DNA of 64,000 nt, taken from positions 352,001-416,000 of the forward strand of contig CAXXXD010000001.1 of NCBI GenBank assembly GCA_963663385.2, in the 5' to 3' direction. This DNA is from Oceanispirochaeta sp. (lineage in GTDB: Bacteria; Spirochaetota; Spirochaetia; DSM-2461). Both the position numbers and the translations under genes were made by a program. Shown here piece after piece: positions 1 to 9,884 of this stretch. Each line of letters starts with the position of its first letter. Position 1 is the stretch's first letter. A model generated the notes under the pieces. The model made no database searches and had not been told where the DNA came from. It saw nothing but the letters and a program-made list of their open reading frames with translations.

Positions 1-301
1 GTTCCAGACTGTTACAGAAAACACAGAAAGGAATATCATAGGTAAAGATTTTATCTACCGATGAATAATCCCCCCTGGCTTCAAGCTCTTTCAGGTACTC
101 ATATTCCGCTCCGCCGAAGACCTGAATCCGATTGGGAGTAAAGGTTTTAAAAAAACCCGTCAGAGCCAAACCGGGCCGGTTGAGCTCTATATTATCAATA
201 TTGTGTACCAGACCCTTCCTGCCTGCCAGGCATTTGACTTTCAGGGCATTATAATCCTGCAAGTCCAAATCAAGAAGATCCAATACTGTAAATTTCCCCA
301 T
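1..301 (-). CDS. hprK: HPr kinase/phosphorylase, N-terminal part (runs off window start)
   Basis: Manual translation from ATG at 301: MGKFTVLDLLDLDLQDYNALKVKCLAGRKGLVHNIDNIELNRPGLALTGFFKTFTPNRIQVFGGAEYEYL; NRPGLAL.GF...RIQ.FG..E..YL is the HprK N-domain motif; lies downstream of hpf. Confidence 0.9.
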   Translation of the reverse strand, partial: MGKFTVLDLLDLDLQDYNALKVKCLAGRKGLVHNIDNIELNRPGLALTGFFKTFTPNRIQVFGGAEYEYLKELEARGDYSSVDKIFTYDIPFCVFCNSLE

Positions 302-398
302 TAATAATCCCCTGAGGTTCCGAACGACCCCGGCTTATTGATTTTACATAAAAAAAAACAATCTCGCTACCTTTTTATTCAGCATTTTGCGATAAAAG

Positions 399-431
399 AA
401 AACAGGCTGCCCCCTTTCAGGAGCAGCCTGT
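399..431 (-). terminator. Intrinsic terminator-like hairpin after hpf
   Basis: ACAGGCTGC (402-410) / GCAGCCTGT (423-431) inverted repeat followed by T-rich tail on the minus strand. Confidence 0.65.
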
Positions 432-457
432 ATAAAATCAGTTAGACTATTCTCACC

Positions 458-751
458 TTAATGAGTCTGTATTTTTTCTTTTTCTCTGGTTGATTTAATC
501 TCAATCTTATCAAAACAAAGATCAATGGCTTTGTACAAATCCCGGTCCTCTACCTTCACATGGCTATTCTGACCCCAGCGGAAATGAACATCACTCGACA
601 CGATATAGTAACCCTTCATTTCCCGGGATAAAGTCAGATGCAGGTCCACAATCAACTCTTCTACATGTTTCAATCGGCGGAGTTTTTTATCGATATACTC
701 CTTGGTTTTTTCAGTTACATCGTAATGAACGCCTTTGAGATCTACAGTCAT
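458..751 (-). CDS. hpf: Ribosome hibernation promoting factor (HPF/RaiA, sigma-54 modulation protein)
   Basis: 97 aa with D-L-Y-x-A-I-D motif; immediately downstream of rpoN. Confidence 0.9.
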   Translation of the reverse strand: MTVDLKGVHYDVTEKTKEYIDKKLRRLKHVEELIVDLHLTLSREMKGYYIVSSDVHFRWGQNSHVKVEDRDLYKAIDLCFDKIEIKSTREKEKIQTH

Positions 752-768
752 AGAAGCCTCCTATAAAT

Positions 769-2139
769 TTACCGCCTGAAAGAAGAATGGATGTCCAGTT
801 CTTTTCTGTACTTAGCCACCGTCCTCCGGGCGATATTAATCCCCCGTTTACTTAGAAGATCAGAAATCTTCTGATCGGATAATTTTTTTCCATCTGTATT
901 TTCCGCAAGGATTTCTTTAATTACCTCTTTTACGCCTTCCTTTGAAAATCTGGACCCGCTGGATCCTGCTCCTGAAATGGAATTAGTGAAGAAATACTTC
1001 AACTCATATATACCCCATTCGGTTTGAACGTATTTATTTGTGGTAATTCGTGATACCGTCGCTTCATGAACGCCGATTTCCCCGGCTACATCTTTCAATG
1101 TCAGGGGATTCAGGTATTTTGGTCCTTTCCTGAAAAAATCCCTCTGGAATTCCAGAATAGCCGTAGCCGTCTTAAGCAGAGTCTGATTCCTCTGATTGAT
1201 ACTATTGATAAACCAGCGGGCATCTCTGACTCGTCCATTCACAAATTGCTTCACTTTCTTGTCGTCAGCAACGCTACCCCCGTCCTGTATTTCTTCAAAA
1301 AAAGGATTAATCCTCATTACCGGAATTTCTTCATCATTCAGAATAATGACGAATTCGCCTTCCTTCTTCCTGATAATCAAATCCGGAATAACATAATTAT
1401 ATGAAGCATCAGAATAATCTCCCCCCGGATAAGGATTGAGGGATTGCAGGAAATTCAGCATTTCCTCCCAGTCATCCCGGGTAATTTTCATCTGCCTTAT
1501 AATTTCATTATATTTCCCTTTCTCCAGCAATTCCATAAAATCTGTCAGTAATCGATCAATTTCCTCCGGCATATCATCCCTTAAATGAGATTGAACCAGC
1601 AGGGATTCCCGATGATCTACCACGCAGACGCCGATGGGATCAAACTCCTGGATGATATGAATCATATGTTCAAGGATATCCCTATCGTCCTGCTTTACAA
1701 GGGTTTCCGGATTTTCAAGATGGAACCCGTTGCTGTCCAGATTACGAATAAGAAGTTCTCCTATCTCCATTTCCTTTTCTGAAAGAACAGTAACGTGAAG
1801 CTGCCATAGAAGATGATCCTGAAGCGACTCTTTTCTATAGACAGCCCCTTCCAGAAACTTCCGCTTTGTATCTTCTCCACTTTCGGCCGTCCTCTGATAG
1901 CCGGGATCCGAAGTATTTTCGAAGGGATCGAAATCTTCATTCTTCCTAATTGGAATATCATCCAGAGAGAGTGTTTTATTGTCTTCTACCAGTTCGAGAG
2001 CAGGATTTTTTTCAACTTCTTCAGAGATTTTTAACTGAAGGTCCTGTATAGGTAGTGCCATCAGCTGTATGGATTGATACAGCTGAGGACTCATCTTTAG
2101 CCTTTGTTCCTGCGTCAGAACCGGTCTTTGTACCTGCAA
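769..2139 (-). CDS. rpoN: RNA polymerase sigma-54 factor
   Basis: RpoN box ARRTVAKYR, HEATVSR helix-turn-helix, Q/L-rich N-terminus; TTG start with GGAGG RBS. Confidence 0.97.
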   Translation of the reverse strand: MQVQRPVLTQEQRLKMSPQLYQSIQLMALPIQDLQLKISEEVEKNPALELVEDNKTLSLDDIPIRKNEDFDPFENTSDPGYQRTAESGEDTKRKFLEGAVYRKESLQDHLLWQLHVTVLSEKEMEIGELLIRNLDSNGFHLENPETLVKQDDRDILEHMIHIIQEFDPIGVCVVDHRESLLVQSHLRDDMPEEIDRLLTDFMELLEKGKYNEIIRQMKITRDDWEEMLNFLQSLNPYPGGDYSDASYNYVIPDLIIRKKEGEFVIILNDEEIPVMRINPFFEEIQDGGSVADDKKVKQFVNGRVRDARWFINSINQRNQTLLKTATAILEFQRDFFRKGPKYLNPLTLKDVAGEIGVHEATVSRITTNKYVQTEWGIYELKYFFTNSISGAGSSGSRFSKEGVKEVIKEILAENTDGKKLSDQKISDLLSKRGINIARRTVAKYRKELDIHSSFRR

Positions 2140-2199
2140 AGTTTCCTCCTGACACTTAAAATTGTATCATCTTTCCAAGAATAAGCAATACTGACAATA

Positions 2200-2931
2200 T
2201 TACATTGAAAACCCGTGACCCAGATAGATTGTCCGGGCCAGTTCGCTTTTTAACAGCTCTTCTTTCGAACCGCTGACAATAATTTCACCAAGGTTTGTAA
2301 TATAGGATCTATGGGTAATTTCAAAGGTATCCCTGACATTATGGTCCGTAATCAGAATGCCGATGCCCCGTTCCGACAAGTGTTCAATAATCTTTTTGAT
2401 CTCGTAAACAGCAATGGGATCAATCCCGGCAAACGGTTCGTCCAGAAGCAGAAAACGGGGATCCGTAGCCAGAGCACGGGCTATCTCCGTACGGCGCCGT
2501 TCGCCTCCTGACAGCGTAAAGGCTCTCTGCTTTCGCACCTTCTGCACTCCCAGATCCTCAATAAGATGTTCCATCTTATCAAGCTTTTCCTGCTTATGCA
2601 TACTTTTTCTTGTTTCCAGGATAGCCCAGATATTTTCTTCCACTGTCAGTTTTCTGAAAACGGACGGTTCCTGGGGCAGATAGGAAATTCCCAGTCTGGA
2701 GCGCTGAAACATCGGTTCATGGGTAATCTCTTTTTCATCCAGCAGGATCCTGCCGGCCGTGGCCTTGATAAATCCGGCAATCATGTAAAAACAGGTAGTT
2801 TTTCCCGCCCCGTTCGGACCGAGAAGCCCTACGATTTCCCCCTGTTCCATGGAGAAACTCATTGTTTTAACGGCTGTCTTTTTTCCGTAGACTTTTTTTA
2901 CACCATCAACGGTCAGTCGGGTTTTACTCAT
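2200..2931 (-). CDS. lptB: LPS export ABC transporter ATP-binding protein
   Basis: GPNGAGKTT, YLPQEPSVFRKL, LSGGERRRTEIARALA, DEPFAGIDP, ITDHNVR; upstream of rpoN. Confidence 0.95.
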   Translation of the reverse strand: MSKTRLTVDGVKKVYGKKTAVKTMSFSMEQGEIVGLLGPNGAGKTTCFYMIAGFIKATAGRILLDEKEITHEPMFQRSRLGISYLPQEPSVFRKLTVEENIWAILETRKSMHKQEKLDKMEHLIEDLGVQKVRKQRAFTLSGGERRRTEIARALATDPRFLLLDEPFAGIDPIAVYEIKKIIEHLSERGIGILITDHNVRDTFEITHRSYITNLGEIIVSGSKEELLKSELARTIYLGHGFSM

Positions 2932-3619
2932 CTGTCATAACTCCCGTGTTTTCTGAACTGTCCTCTCCGTTCTCTTCAGGAGCATTTTTCTCTTTAGACT
3001 CATCAGTGTCCTCTTCTTCAGAAAGAAGGGAGCCCTGAACCTCGCCCTCCATTTTAATCTCATCAGTATCCAGATTGACAGTTATTCTGGACGCACGAAA
3101 TACATCATCATTCCGGTACACCACAGGCAGGCCGGTCAGTTCCAGCAGATTCTCATCTCTGTAATAAACGGCGAATTCACTCCGGCAGGCCAGATCCTCC
3201 TTCAATATACGCACTCCGATCTGAAGGATAATCATTTTTTCCTCTTCCCGGTTCTCCATAAAGCCGCATTTAATGATCAGCTCATTTTTACGGTCCTCCA
3301 TTATACTTGAGGCATTGATGCGTATAATTTTATTATCATTATCATAATGAAATACGGGCGCCGTAAGAAGAAAATCGTTTTCAAGATCCTCAACCGCTAC
3401 ATTCCCTTCGCAGATAAAGTAGTTGAAGTCTTTGCCGATAAGCTTTACCTTATCCGCCGCTATGACTTTACTCTCGGAGGAGATAAGGACATCCCCTTCC
3501 AATAGGGTAATCTCTTTGCCCTCAGCCATCACCGAACTCAGATAATTGCTGGAAAAAGAGTAGTTTTCTGCCGCTATAAAAACCGGCAGAAACAATAGAA
3601 TAAGAATACTTTTATTCAT
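2924..3619 (-). CDS. lptA: LptA/OstA-family beta-jellyroll periplasmic protein
   Basis: Signal peptide from ATG 3619, repeated L.G.V/P-type strands, position between lptC and lptB. Confidence 0.75.
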   Translation of the reverse strand: MNKSILILLFLPVFIAAENYSFSSNYLSSVMAEGKEITLLEGDVLISSESKVIAADKVKLIGKDFNYFICEGNVAVEDLENDFLLTAPVFHYDNDNKIIRINASSIMEDRKNELIIKCGFMENREEEKMIILQIGVRILKEDLACRSEFAVYYRDENLLELTGLPVVYRNDDVFRASRITVNLDTDEIKMEGEVQGSLLSEEEDTDESKEKNAPEENGEDSSENTGVMTDE

Positions 3620-4160
3620 GATCAGATCCTGATTCGATATTGCCTTCAACCCGGCTGGAAAAGCCTATGGTCTCAGTATAAAAATCTGCAGAAAACCCGG
3701 CACCCTTAAGAACAGTTCCACCATCCAGGGAGATGATTACAAGTCCGTCAATGGAACTGCTTAACTCACGGGTTTCGTCTTTCCAATCCAGATTCTCTGC
3801 TTCGATGGAAGCTTCATTCCGGATGGAACGTCCGGAGATTCCGCCTTTAATAGAAGCATCATTATTATCATTTATCAGAATATAATCTGCCACTCCATCG
3901 GTTATGATCTCGCGGTTTTCATCAAATTCAAGGAACTGTACCGAATAGAGTTCTGTTTCTTCTTTTTCACTCCAGAGATAGGCTTCCTGTGCTGTAAAGG
4001 AAGCTTTCGGATTCCCGTTTTTAACCTGAATCTGTTCTACATTGAATAAAACAGAAGAGGGAACAGATTCGGAAAGTTCATCACGAACGGATGTATCATA
4101 CTCTAACTGGCAGGAGGCAATAATTATCAATGAGACAAGAAAAAAAACGGGTTTCTTCAT
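3612..4160 (-). CDS. lptC: LPS export protein LptC-like lipoprotein
   Basis: Lipobox IASC, I.AE.L.W and L.G.GF.AD motifs, synteny with lptA/lptB. Confidence 0.75.
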   Translation of the reverse strand: MKKPVFFLVSLIIIASCQLEYDTSVRDELSESVPSSVLFNVEQIQVKNGNPKASFTAQEAYLWSEKEETELYSVQFLEFDENREIITDGVADYILINDNNDASIKGGISGRSIRNEASIEAENLDWKDETRELSSSIDGLVIISLDGGTVLKGAGFSADFYTETIGFSSRVEGNIESGSDHE

Positions 4161-4272
4161 TCTCCGGAAATTATCTTTTTATCTTAGACCTATGTCAATT
4201 GATGAAAACAAAATAATTAATAATCAATCCGGTCATATCGGGAGACCCGGGAAGGGATTTTTTTCAATAGTA

Positions 4273-4302
4273 TTGACAGCTCGGTTTAGGTAGAATTAGA
4301 CT
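4273..4302 (+). promoter_or_regulatory. Candidate sigma-70 promoter for cheR-cheB
   Basis: TTGACA-N18-TAGACT about 30 bp upstream of the cheR ATG. Confidence 0.4.
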
Positions 4303-4332
4303 CATTAAAAGGCAAAGGACGGTAATTATAGA

Positions 4333-5154
4333 ATGTCAGACTTTCTGAATGAGTCGGATTTCCAGAAAATCAGAGATCTAATATACAACGAGAGCGGAAT
4401 CCATTTCTCTGATTCCAACAGAACCATACTGGAAAGTCGTTTGAAAGAGAGATTGAAATTACTGGATTTGTCCAGCATTGGAGAATATTACAAACTGCTG
4501 ACCGGTGATGACGGGGAGATGAAGGATTTTCTTGATTCGGTTACCACCAATTTGACCCGTTTTTTCAGAAATCAGGCTCACTACGATACTTTTATTAATT
4601 ATGTCATTCCCGATCTGATACAAAGAAAACGGGAACTGGGACAAAAGAAAGTAACCATCTGGAGCGCCGGCTGTTCTACCGGTGAAGAGCCCTATACAAA
4701 TGCCATGGTTCTGAAAGAGAACCTTCCACCGGATTTTAAAATAGAAATTGTAGCCTCCGATCTGAGTTTAAAGTCCCTGATGAAAGCCAAGGAGGGATTT
4801 TATCTCAACAACCGCGTCAGTGGGATTGAAGATAAGTACCTTAATAAGTATTTTATAAAAAAAGAAAATGGTTATCAGGTTAAACCTGAAATAGTAGATC
4901 TGATCCGTTTCGATTATCATAACCTGAAGTTCGGTGCTGCCCACAGGAATCTGGACGTCGTATTCTGCAGAAATGTCCTTATTTATTTTGATGAGGCTGC
5001 TCAGAAAAACGTAATTGATAATTTCTGGAATTCCATGTCTTCACACTCCTATCTTTTTATAGGTCATTCGGAATCCCTTTTTGGAATGGATACACAATTC
5101 AAGTTTATAAAAACGGATTGGGCATGCATCTATGGAAAAATATTAGATAAATAA
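4333..5154 (+). CDS. cheR: Chemotaxis protein-glutamate O-methyltransferase
   Basis: TTNLTRFFRN, IWSAGCSTGEEPYT, FCRNVLIYFD, GHSESL motifs. Confidence 0.96.
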   Translation: MSDFLNESDFQKIRDLIYNESGIHFSDSNRTILESRLKERLKLLDLSSIGEYYKLLTGDDGEMKDFLDSVTTNLTRFFRNQAHYDTFINYVIPDLIQRKRELGQKKVTIWSAGCSTGEEPYTNAMVLKENLPPDFKIEIVASDLSLKSLMKAKEGFYLNNRVSGIEDKYLNKYFIKKENGYQVKPEIVDLIRFDYHNLKFGAAHRNLDVVFCRNVLIYFDEAAQKNVIDNFWNSMSSHSYLFIGHSESLFGMDTQFKFIKTDWACIYGKILDK

Positions 5155-5166
5155 AAAGAGGCCCCT

Positions 5167-6306
5167 GTGTCAGATAATAAAATATCAGTAATGGTCATAG
5201 ATGACTCCGCTTTAATGAGAAATTTAATCTCCCGCTTGATCGAACGGGATTCCAACCTGGAGGTAGTCGGAACAGCCATGAACGGCCGTTTCGGTCTGAC
5301 TAAACTCCCCCGCCTGAATCCGGATGTTATTGTTCTGGACCTGGAAATGCCGGAAATGAACGGGATCGAATTCCTGAAAGAACTGCAGAACCAGAATATT
5401 AAAATTCCTGTTGTCATTCTCTCATCCATAGCCACGAAGGGTGCCAGAATAACCATGGAAGCCCTGGCCCTGGGAGCCTCAGACTTCATAACAAAACCCA
5501 GGGGGGGAGAGTCGGATGAGCTGAACAATATCGGTAACCAGCTGGTGCAATTATTAACTGTATATGGAAACAACTATCGTAAGAAGAAAGGCAGTACCCC
5601 AATTTCTCCAATAAATACAACAAACAACAGGGACGATTATGAGGAAAAGCCCATCACAGCCTCTGCCAGAATGAATAATCAAAGCATACAGAACCCGGAA
5701 TGGGAAAAAATCACACCCCGGAGAGGACCGGTTAAAACAGAGATTATCGCAATAGGGATCTCAACAGGGGGGCCGAATGCTCTGCGGAAAGTTTTTGCCA
5801 TGCTGGATCCGAACCTGCAGCTTCCGATTGTTGTGGTACAGCATATGCCCGCAGGGTTCACAAAGGAATTTGCCGCCAGTCTGGACAGGATTTGTCCACT
5901 GGAGGTTAAGGAAGCGGAAGAGGGAGACATTGTAAAACCCGGCAGAATTCTGATTGCCCCGGGAGATGCTCATATCGAGATAGAGAAAAAAACTCTGGCA
6001 TCCGTAATTCATTTGAATAATCAGGAACTGGTTAACGGTCATATGCCTTCGGCGGGTGTTCTTTTTAATTCAATAGCCAGAAGCTATGGAAACAGCGCCA
6101 TGGCAGTAATAATGACAGGGATGGGAAAAGACGGAGCCCGGGAGATTGGAGAGATTTACAGGGAGGGCGGTATAACCATCGCCCAGGATCAGCAATCCTG
6201 TATTGTATATGGAATGCCCCGGGTTGCTGTAGAGCACAATTACATTCAGCATATCGTCCCGCTGGACGATATGGCTGAAAAAATCAGTTCTCTTCTGGTC
6301 TGTTAA
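5167..6306 (+). CDS. cheB: Chemotaxis response regulator protein-glutamate methylesterase
   Basis: N-terminal receiver (IDDS, LDLEMP) plus esterase motifs GISTGGP, QHMP, MTGMGKDGA. Confidence 0.96.
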   Translation: MSDNKISVMVIDDSALMRNLISRLIERDSNLEVVGTAMNGRFGLTKLPRLNPDVIVLDLEMPEMNGIEFLKELQNQNIKIPVVILSSIATKGARITMEALALGASDFITKPRGGESDELNNIGNQLVQLLTVYGNNYRKKKGSTPISPINTTNNRDDYEEKPITASARMNNQSIQNPEWEKITPRRGPVKTEIIAIGISTGGPNALRKVFAMLDPNLQLPIVVVQHMPAGFTKEFAASLDRICPLEVKEAEEGDIVKPGRILIAPGDAHIEIEKKTLASVIHLNNQELVNGHMPSAGVLFNSIARSYGNSAMAVIMTGMGKDGAREIGEIYREGGITIAQDQQSCIVYGMPRVAVEHNYIQHIVPLDDMAEKISSLLVC

Positions 6307-6774
6307 TCAGCCGCAGCCCTTACATGACTGACAGGCGCTGTTGCAGCTTTTCCATTTCCGGATTTCAGCTTTGCTGAGAATTCGTTCAATACTCGGCATC
6401 TCTCCCGGGCCGCGGAATTTCCGAATTAACGCATTGACGAGGAAGCCTCCTGCCAGTCCAATCGTTCCCATAAGATAGAGAAGCACTTCTTCCTGTATGA
6501 CTTTGGCTGCAACTGTATACACCAGCAGAAAACAGAGCAGGGGAAAGATAAACATCATAAACGCTGCTTTCATGGCGCCTGCCGGATTAACCAGGATTTC
6601 TACCATATCCCCTTCCTGTACGTTCAGGACATGAGCATTTGATGCGGGAAAAGGTTTCTCCTTAACGCCCCAGAAAGAGCGAGAGGTCCGGGACTTCTCT
6701 GAACCGGGATTCGGGTATATTACATAAACCGCACCGTCCTCTTCGAGATGGTGCACTTTAACCGGCTGTTTCAT
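6307..6774 (-). CDS. RseC/MucC-family membrane protein (SoxR-reducing system-like) with C-terminal Cys cluster
   Basis: V..GD.VEI......KAAF..FIFPL..F followed by two TM helices; ends CNSACQSCKGCG. Confidence 0.65.
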   Translation of the reverse strand: MKQPVKVHHLEEDGAVYVIYPNPGSEKSRTSRSFWGVKEKPFPASNAHVLNVQEGDMVEILVNPAGAMKAAFMMFIFPLLCFLLVYTVAAKVIQEEVLLYLMGTIGLAGGFLVNALIRKFRGPGEMPSIERILSKAEIRKWKSCNSACQSCKGCG

Positions 6775-7564
6775 CGGGTACCTCCAGACAGGGTATTCGC
6801 AGGCTCTCTATTGACACTGCTTTTCCTGAGTCATCCAGATCAATCAGAACACCCTGAAGCTCCAACTGATCCCATGTATCCTGAGATCTTTCCGGGATTT
6901 GCGTCATAAATTTCCTGAGCTCCAGCTCAGGCTCCAGACCTCCGATGGAATGGAGACTCCCGGTTCGGCCGGAATCCGTTATGATTGCGGTCCCTTTGGG
7001 CATGAGACCGCAATCAGCCGTTATGGCTTTTGTTCCGGAACCGACAACGGCACTGACCTTTCCATCTATCAAATGAAAAAGAGTCTGTTTTTCCGCTGTG
7101 GTCGTTGCGTGAAAATTCACGATAATATGATCGGTCTGCTCACGAACCTTTTTTACAATCTCGGGAAGATAGGAAAAAGGGTTGGAAAGGTGCACACGGT
7201 AATAACCGGACTGACCCAGAATATTGATTACACCTACCCGCTGATCTCCAACATTGAATACCCCCCAGCCTCTTCCGGGACTTCCGGGCGGGTAGTTTGC
7301 CGGACGCAGTAAAAATGATGCTTTTGTAATAAATCCGACCATATCTTTTTTATAGAAGACACATTCTCCGGATGTAATAACATCCAGTCCCAGCTTCTTC
7401 AGATAAAGGGCGTGATTTTTACCTATACCGAAACCGCCGGTAACACCGTTTCCATTGGCAATAACAAAATCAACCCCCTTTTCCTTTCGGATTTTCGGGA
7501 GCATTTTTTTAACAGTAAAGACACCTGCCTTACTGACAATCTCAGCAATAAAGAGAATTTTCAT
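6758..7564 (-). CDS. YmdB/TIGR00282-family metallophosphoesterase, degenerate metal-binding motifs
   Basis: LLRPANYPPGSPGRGW, FHA..T.EK, ITD.G.TG and LQGV motifs match YmdB; several canonical metal ligands are replaced. Confidence 0.85.
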   Translation of the reverse strand: MKILFIAEIVSKAGVFTVKKMLPKIRKEKGVDFVIANGNGVTGGFGIGKNHALYLKKLGLDVITSGECVFYKKDMVGFITKASFLLRPANYPPGSPGRGWGVFNVGDQRVGVINILGQSGYYRVHLSNPFSYLPEIVKKVREQTDHIIVNFHATTTAEKQTLFHLIDGKVSAVVGSGTKAITADCGLMPKGTAIITDSGRTGSLHSIGGLEPELELRKFMTQIPERSQDTWDQLELQGVLIDLDDSGKAVSIESLRIPCLEVPDETAG

Positions 7565-7636
7565 TACCCTAAAATACTAAAATAACTCATAAGAAACAAT
7601 CATCCGAATCCGCAAACCCAATTGTTTTGATGTATT

Positions 7637-7650
7637 ATCCGGCAATATTG
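7637..7650 (+). repeat. 14-bp direct repeat copy 1 (ATCCGGCAATATTG); second copy at 20249-20262
   Basis: Exact 14-mer seen at both positions. Confidence 0.6.
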
Positions 7651-7729
7651 CTGAAATATAACTGAAGTTCCTTCATAAATTGAGCTCCGGAATGTTCAGT
7701 AAAAAAGGAGGCTGCGATTCCCTGAAGTC

Positions 7730-8635
7730 TCAGTCTTTCATGATGTCATCGACGAGACCCATGAACCGCCTGCCGTATTCCACATAATTCTCGTATTTCA
7801 CCTGTTCGGAAGAGCGACTGTCGTCATCGTGATAGACCAGAGCCATATGGGGTTCTATGGAGAATCCTCCGTCGTATCCTCTTTTAAGCAGATCGTCAAC
7901 AATCTCCCGTACGCTGCCCTCTCCCTCTCCGGGGAAAGTCCATTCCGAATCATTGAATATTTTATCGGGCCTGAGTCCCACAAACCGGCCGTCTTTGATA
8001 TGGACATAGGCGACAAACTCCCGTACATTGCAGTAGAAATCCCAGGCATTCTGCATGCGGTTGCCCCTTTCTTTACCGTAGTCAACGGAGTTGACCGGAT
8101 TGCCCGTATCGAAAAGCAGCTTGAACCGGGGAGATTTCACATTATCCAGAAGCCTGAGCGTATGCTCCGGGGACATACCTCCGTAGTTGGCGCAGTTCTC
8201 GTGCATGTAGTCCACGCCGGCGTCCTCGCAGATCCTGACAATCCTGTTCATCTTGCCGAATAAGTTTTTCTCCAGCTCATCCGTATAGAGCGACGCGTCC
8301 CTCAAGCGGGTAAAACTCATCCCCCGTATCATGGTACAACCCAGCCGTTCCATCCGGGGCAGAGCCCTTTTCAGATCGTCGATGCTTTTCGCGAAGTCCT
8401 CTTCAGATCGCGGGTCACGGCTCCAGTTGGCAACGGTACTGCCGAAACAGTTGATAGAAATACCGCTGTCCTCCAGTTTGCCGGCAGCTTCATCGAAAGC
8501 AGCGTCACTCAGATCATGAATATTGACGCCGTCGATATTTCTCGACTCGATACAGTTCCAGCCCAGCTCCTTCGTTGCCCTGATCTGGGCATCAATTCCT
8601 TTTCCCGCCTCATCGGCAAATCCCGTGTAGTACAT
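7730..8635 (-). CDS. Sugar phosphate isomerase/epimerase (AP endonuclease 2 / xylose-isomerase-like TIM barrel)
   Basis: GFADEA, HEN, LFDTGN, VHIKD, PGEGEG, SIEPH metal-binding motifs. Confidence 0.88.
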   Translation of the reverse strand: MYYTGFADEAGKGIDAQIRATKELGWNCIESRNIDGVNIHDLSDAAFDEAAGKLEDSGISINCFGSTVANWSRDPRSEEDFAKSIDDLKRALPRMERLGCTMIRGMSFTRLRDASLYTDELEKNLFGKMNRIVRICEDAGVDYMHENCANYGGMSPEHTLRLLDNVKSPRFKLLFDTGNPVNSVDYGKERGNRMQNAWDFYCNVREFVAYVHIKDGRFVGLRPDKIFNDSEWTFPGEGEGSVREIVDDLLKRGYDGGFSIEPHMALVYHDDDSRSSEQVKYENYVEYGRRFMGLVDDIMKD

Positions 8636-8661
8636 TATTTAACTCCCGTATGTCCTTTCAT

Positions 8662-9825
8662 TCAAAAGGAGCGGCTGAAATTTTCTTCCGCCGTTTTTTC
8701 AACTTTTTTTCTGAATACCGACTTTGCAATCAGCTCCTCCAGCTTTGCCTCGAAGGCCTCTTCATCCACAGGGATTTCCACCATTTTTCCCTCAAAGCTG
8801 GAGAGCATAATGGCATTGTCCATGGCGATGGAGCCGATGCCCTCTGCAGCAGGCGCTATAAGCTCGGCTCTTCCGGCGATGGCGTCGCAGAAATTCTCAA
8901 GGATGATCCGATGCTCTCCCCCTCCGGCGTCAAAGGGTATATCAACGGTCCAGCACTCGGGCTTTTCAAAACCCTTTTCAGCGTTTTTAAGATGATTGAG
9001 AAGCGATTCCCTGTTCCGGAGAAAGGTCAGTCTGTCTCCTTCCCAGATCAGCCGACCCTGCTCTCCCGCAATTTCCAGACGGTTCGTCCCGGGAGCCTCT
9101 CCGGTCGATGTAATGAAATGCCCCACCATACCGTTATCGTATTCAAAGTAGGCCGTTACTTCGTCTTCCACTTCGATGTCATGGTATTTCCCCAGCGAGG
9201 CGAAGCCTCTGACTCGGTCGGGACAGCCGGCGAACCACTGAAACATATCGAGCTGATGGGGACACTGGTTCATGAGAACCCCGCCCCCCTCACCGGCCCA
9301 GGTGGCCCTCCAGCCTCCCGAATTATAGTAGGACTGAGTGCGGTACCAGTCGGTAATAATCCAGGTCATCCGGATCAGTTTCCCCAGTTCCCCCGCATCG
9401 ATCAGTTCCTTGATTTTCCGGGCGGCCCCCCGGGTCCTCTGCTGGAACATGGCGGAGAAAACCAGGCCGGGGGTCTCTTTCCGGGCGGCCTCCCAGGCGG
9501 AAATCATCTTCCGGATATCCTTCACATGGACGCCGACCGGTTTCTCTGTCAGAACGTGGATCCCTCTGGCAAAGGCCTCTACAGCGATGGTCGTGTGGGC
9601 GTAGTGGGGGGTGGCGATGACGATGCCGTCAATCCCGCCGGCGCCGAACAGATCTTCGGTCGAGTTATATCCCCTGCAGCCGTATAAGGCGGCAGCGGCG
9701 TCGGTCTTTTCCGCAGCAATATCGCAGACAGCAGCCAGCTCGGCGGTATCCATAGAAGTGATATCCCGGCAATGGCAGGTTCCCATATTTCCCAGGCCGA
9801 TAACGGCCAGTCTGATTTTATCCAT
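8662..9825 (-). CDS. Gfo/Idh/MocA family oxidoreductase
   Basis: GLGNMG Rossmann motif, IATPHYAH, HVLTEKP, EGGGVLMNQCPHQLD. Confidence 0.93.
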   Translation of the reverse strand: MDKIRLAVIGLGNMGTCHCRDITSMDTAELAAVCDIAAEKTDAAAALYGCRGYNSTEDLFGAGGIDGIVIATPHYAHTTIAVEAFARGIHVLTEKPVGVHVKDIRKMISAWEAARKETPGLVFSAMFQQRTRGAARKIKELIDAGELGKLIRMTWIITDWYRTQSYYNSGGWRATWAGEGGGVLMNQCPHQLDMFQWFAGCPDRVRGFASLGKYHDIEVEDEVTAYFEYDNGMVGHFITSTGEAPGTNRLEIAGEQGRLIWEGDRLTFLRNRESLLNHLKNAEKGFEKPECWTVDIPFDAGGGEHRIILENFCDAIAGRAELIAPAAEGIGSIAMDNAIMLSSFEGKMVEIPVDEEAFEAKLEELIAKSVFRKKVEKTAEENFSRSF

Positions 9826-9884
9826 TTATCTCTCCTATAAAAAGTCAATCATAAGCCTATTAACAAGCTTACAATTGAACCGGA

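Noticed and set aside
8650..9687. 345-aa plus-strand ORF, and similar antisense ORFs at 11412-12185, 32731-33441, 34609-35274, 35548-36237 and 58938-59696
   Set aside because: Shadow frames opposite well-supported genes; no recognisable motifs
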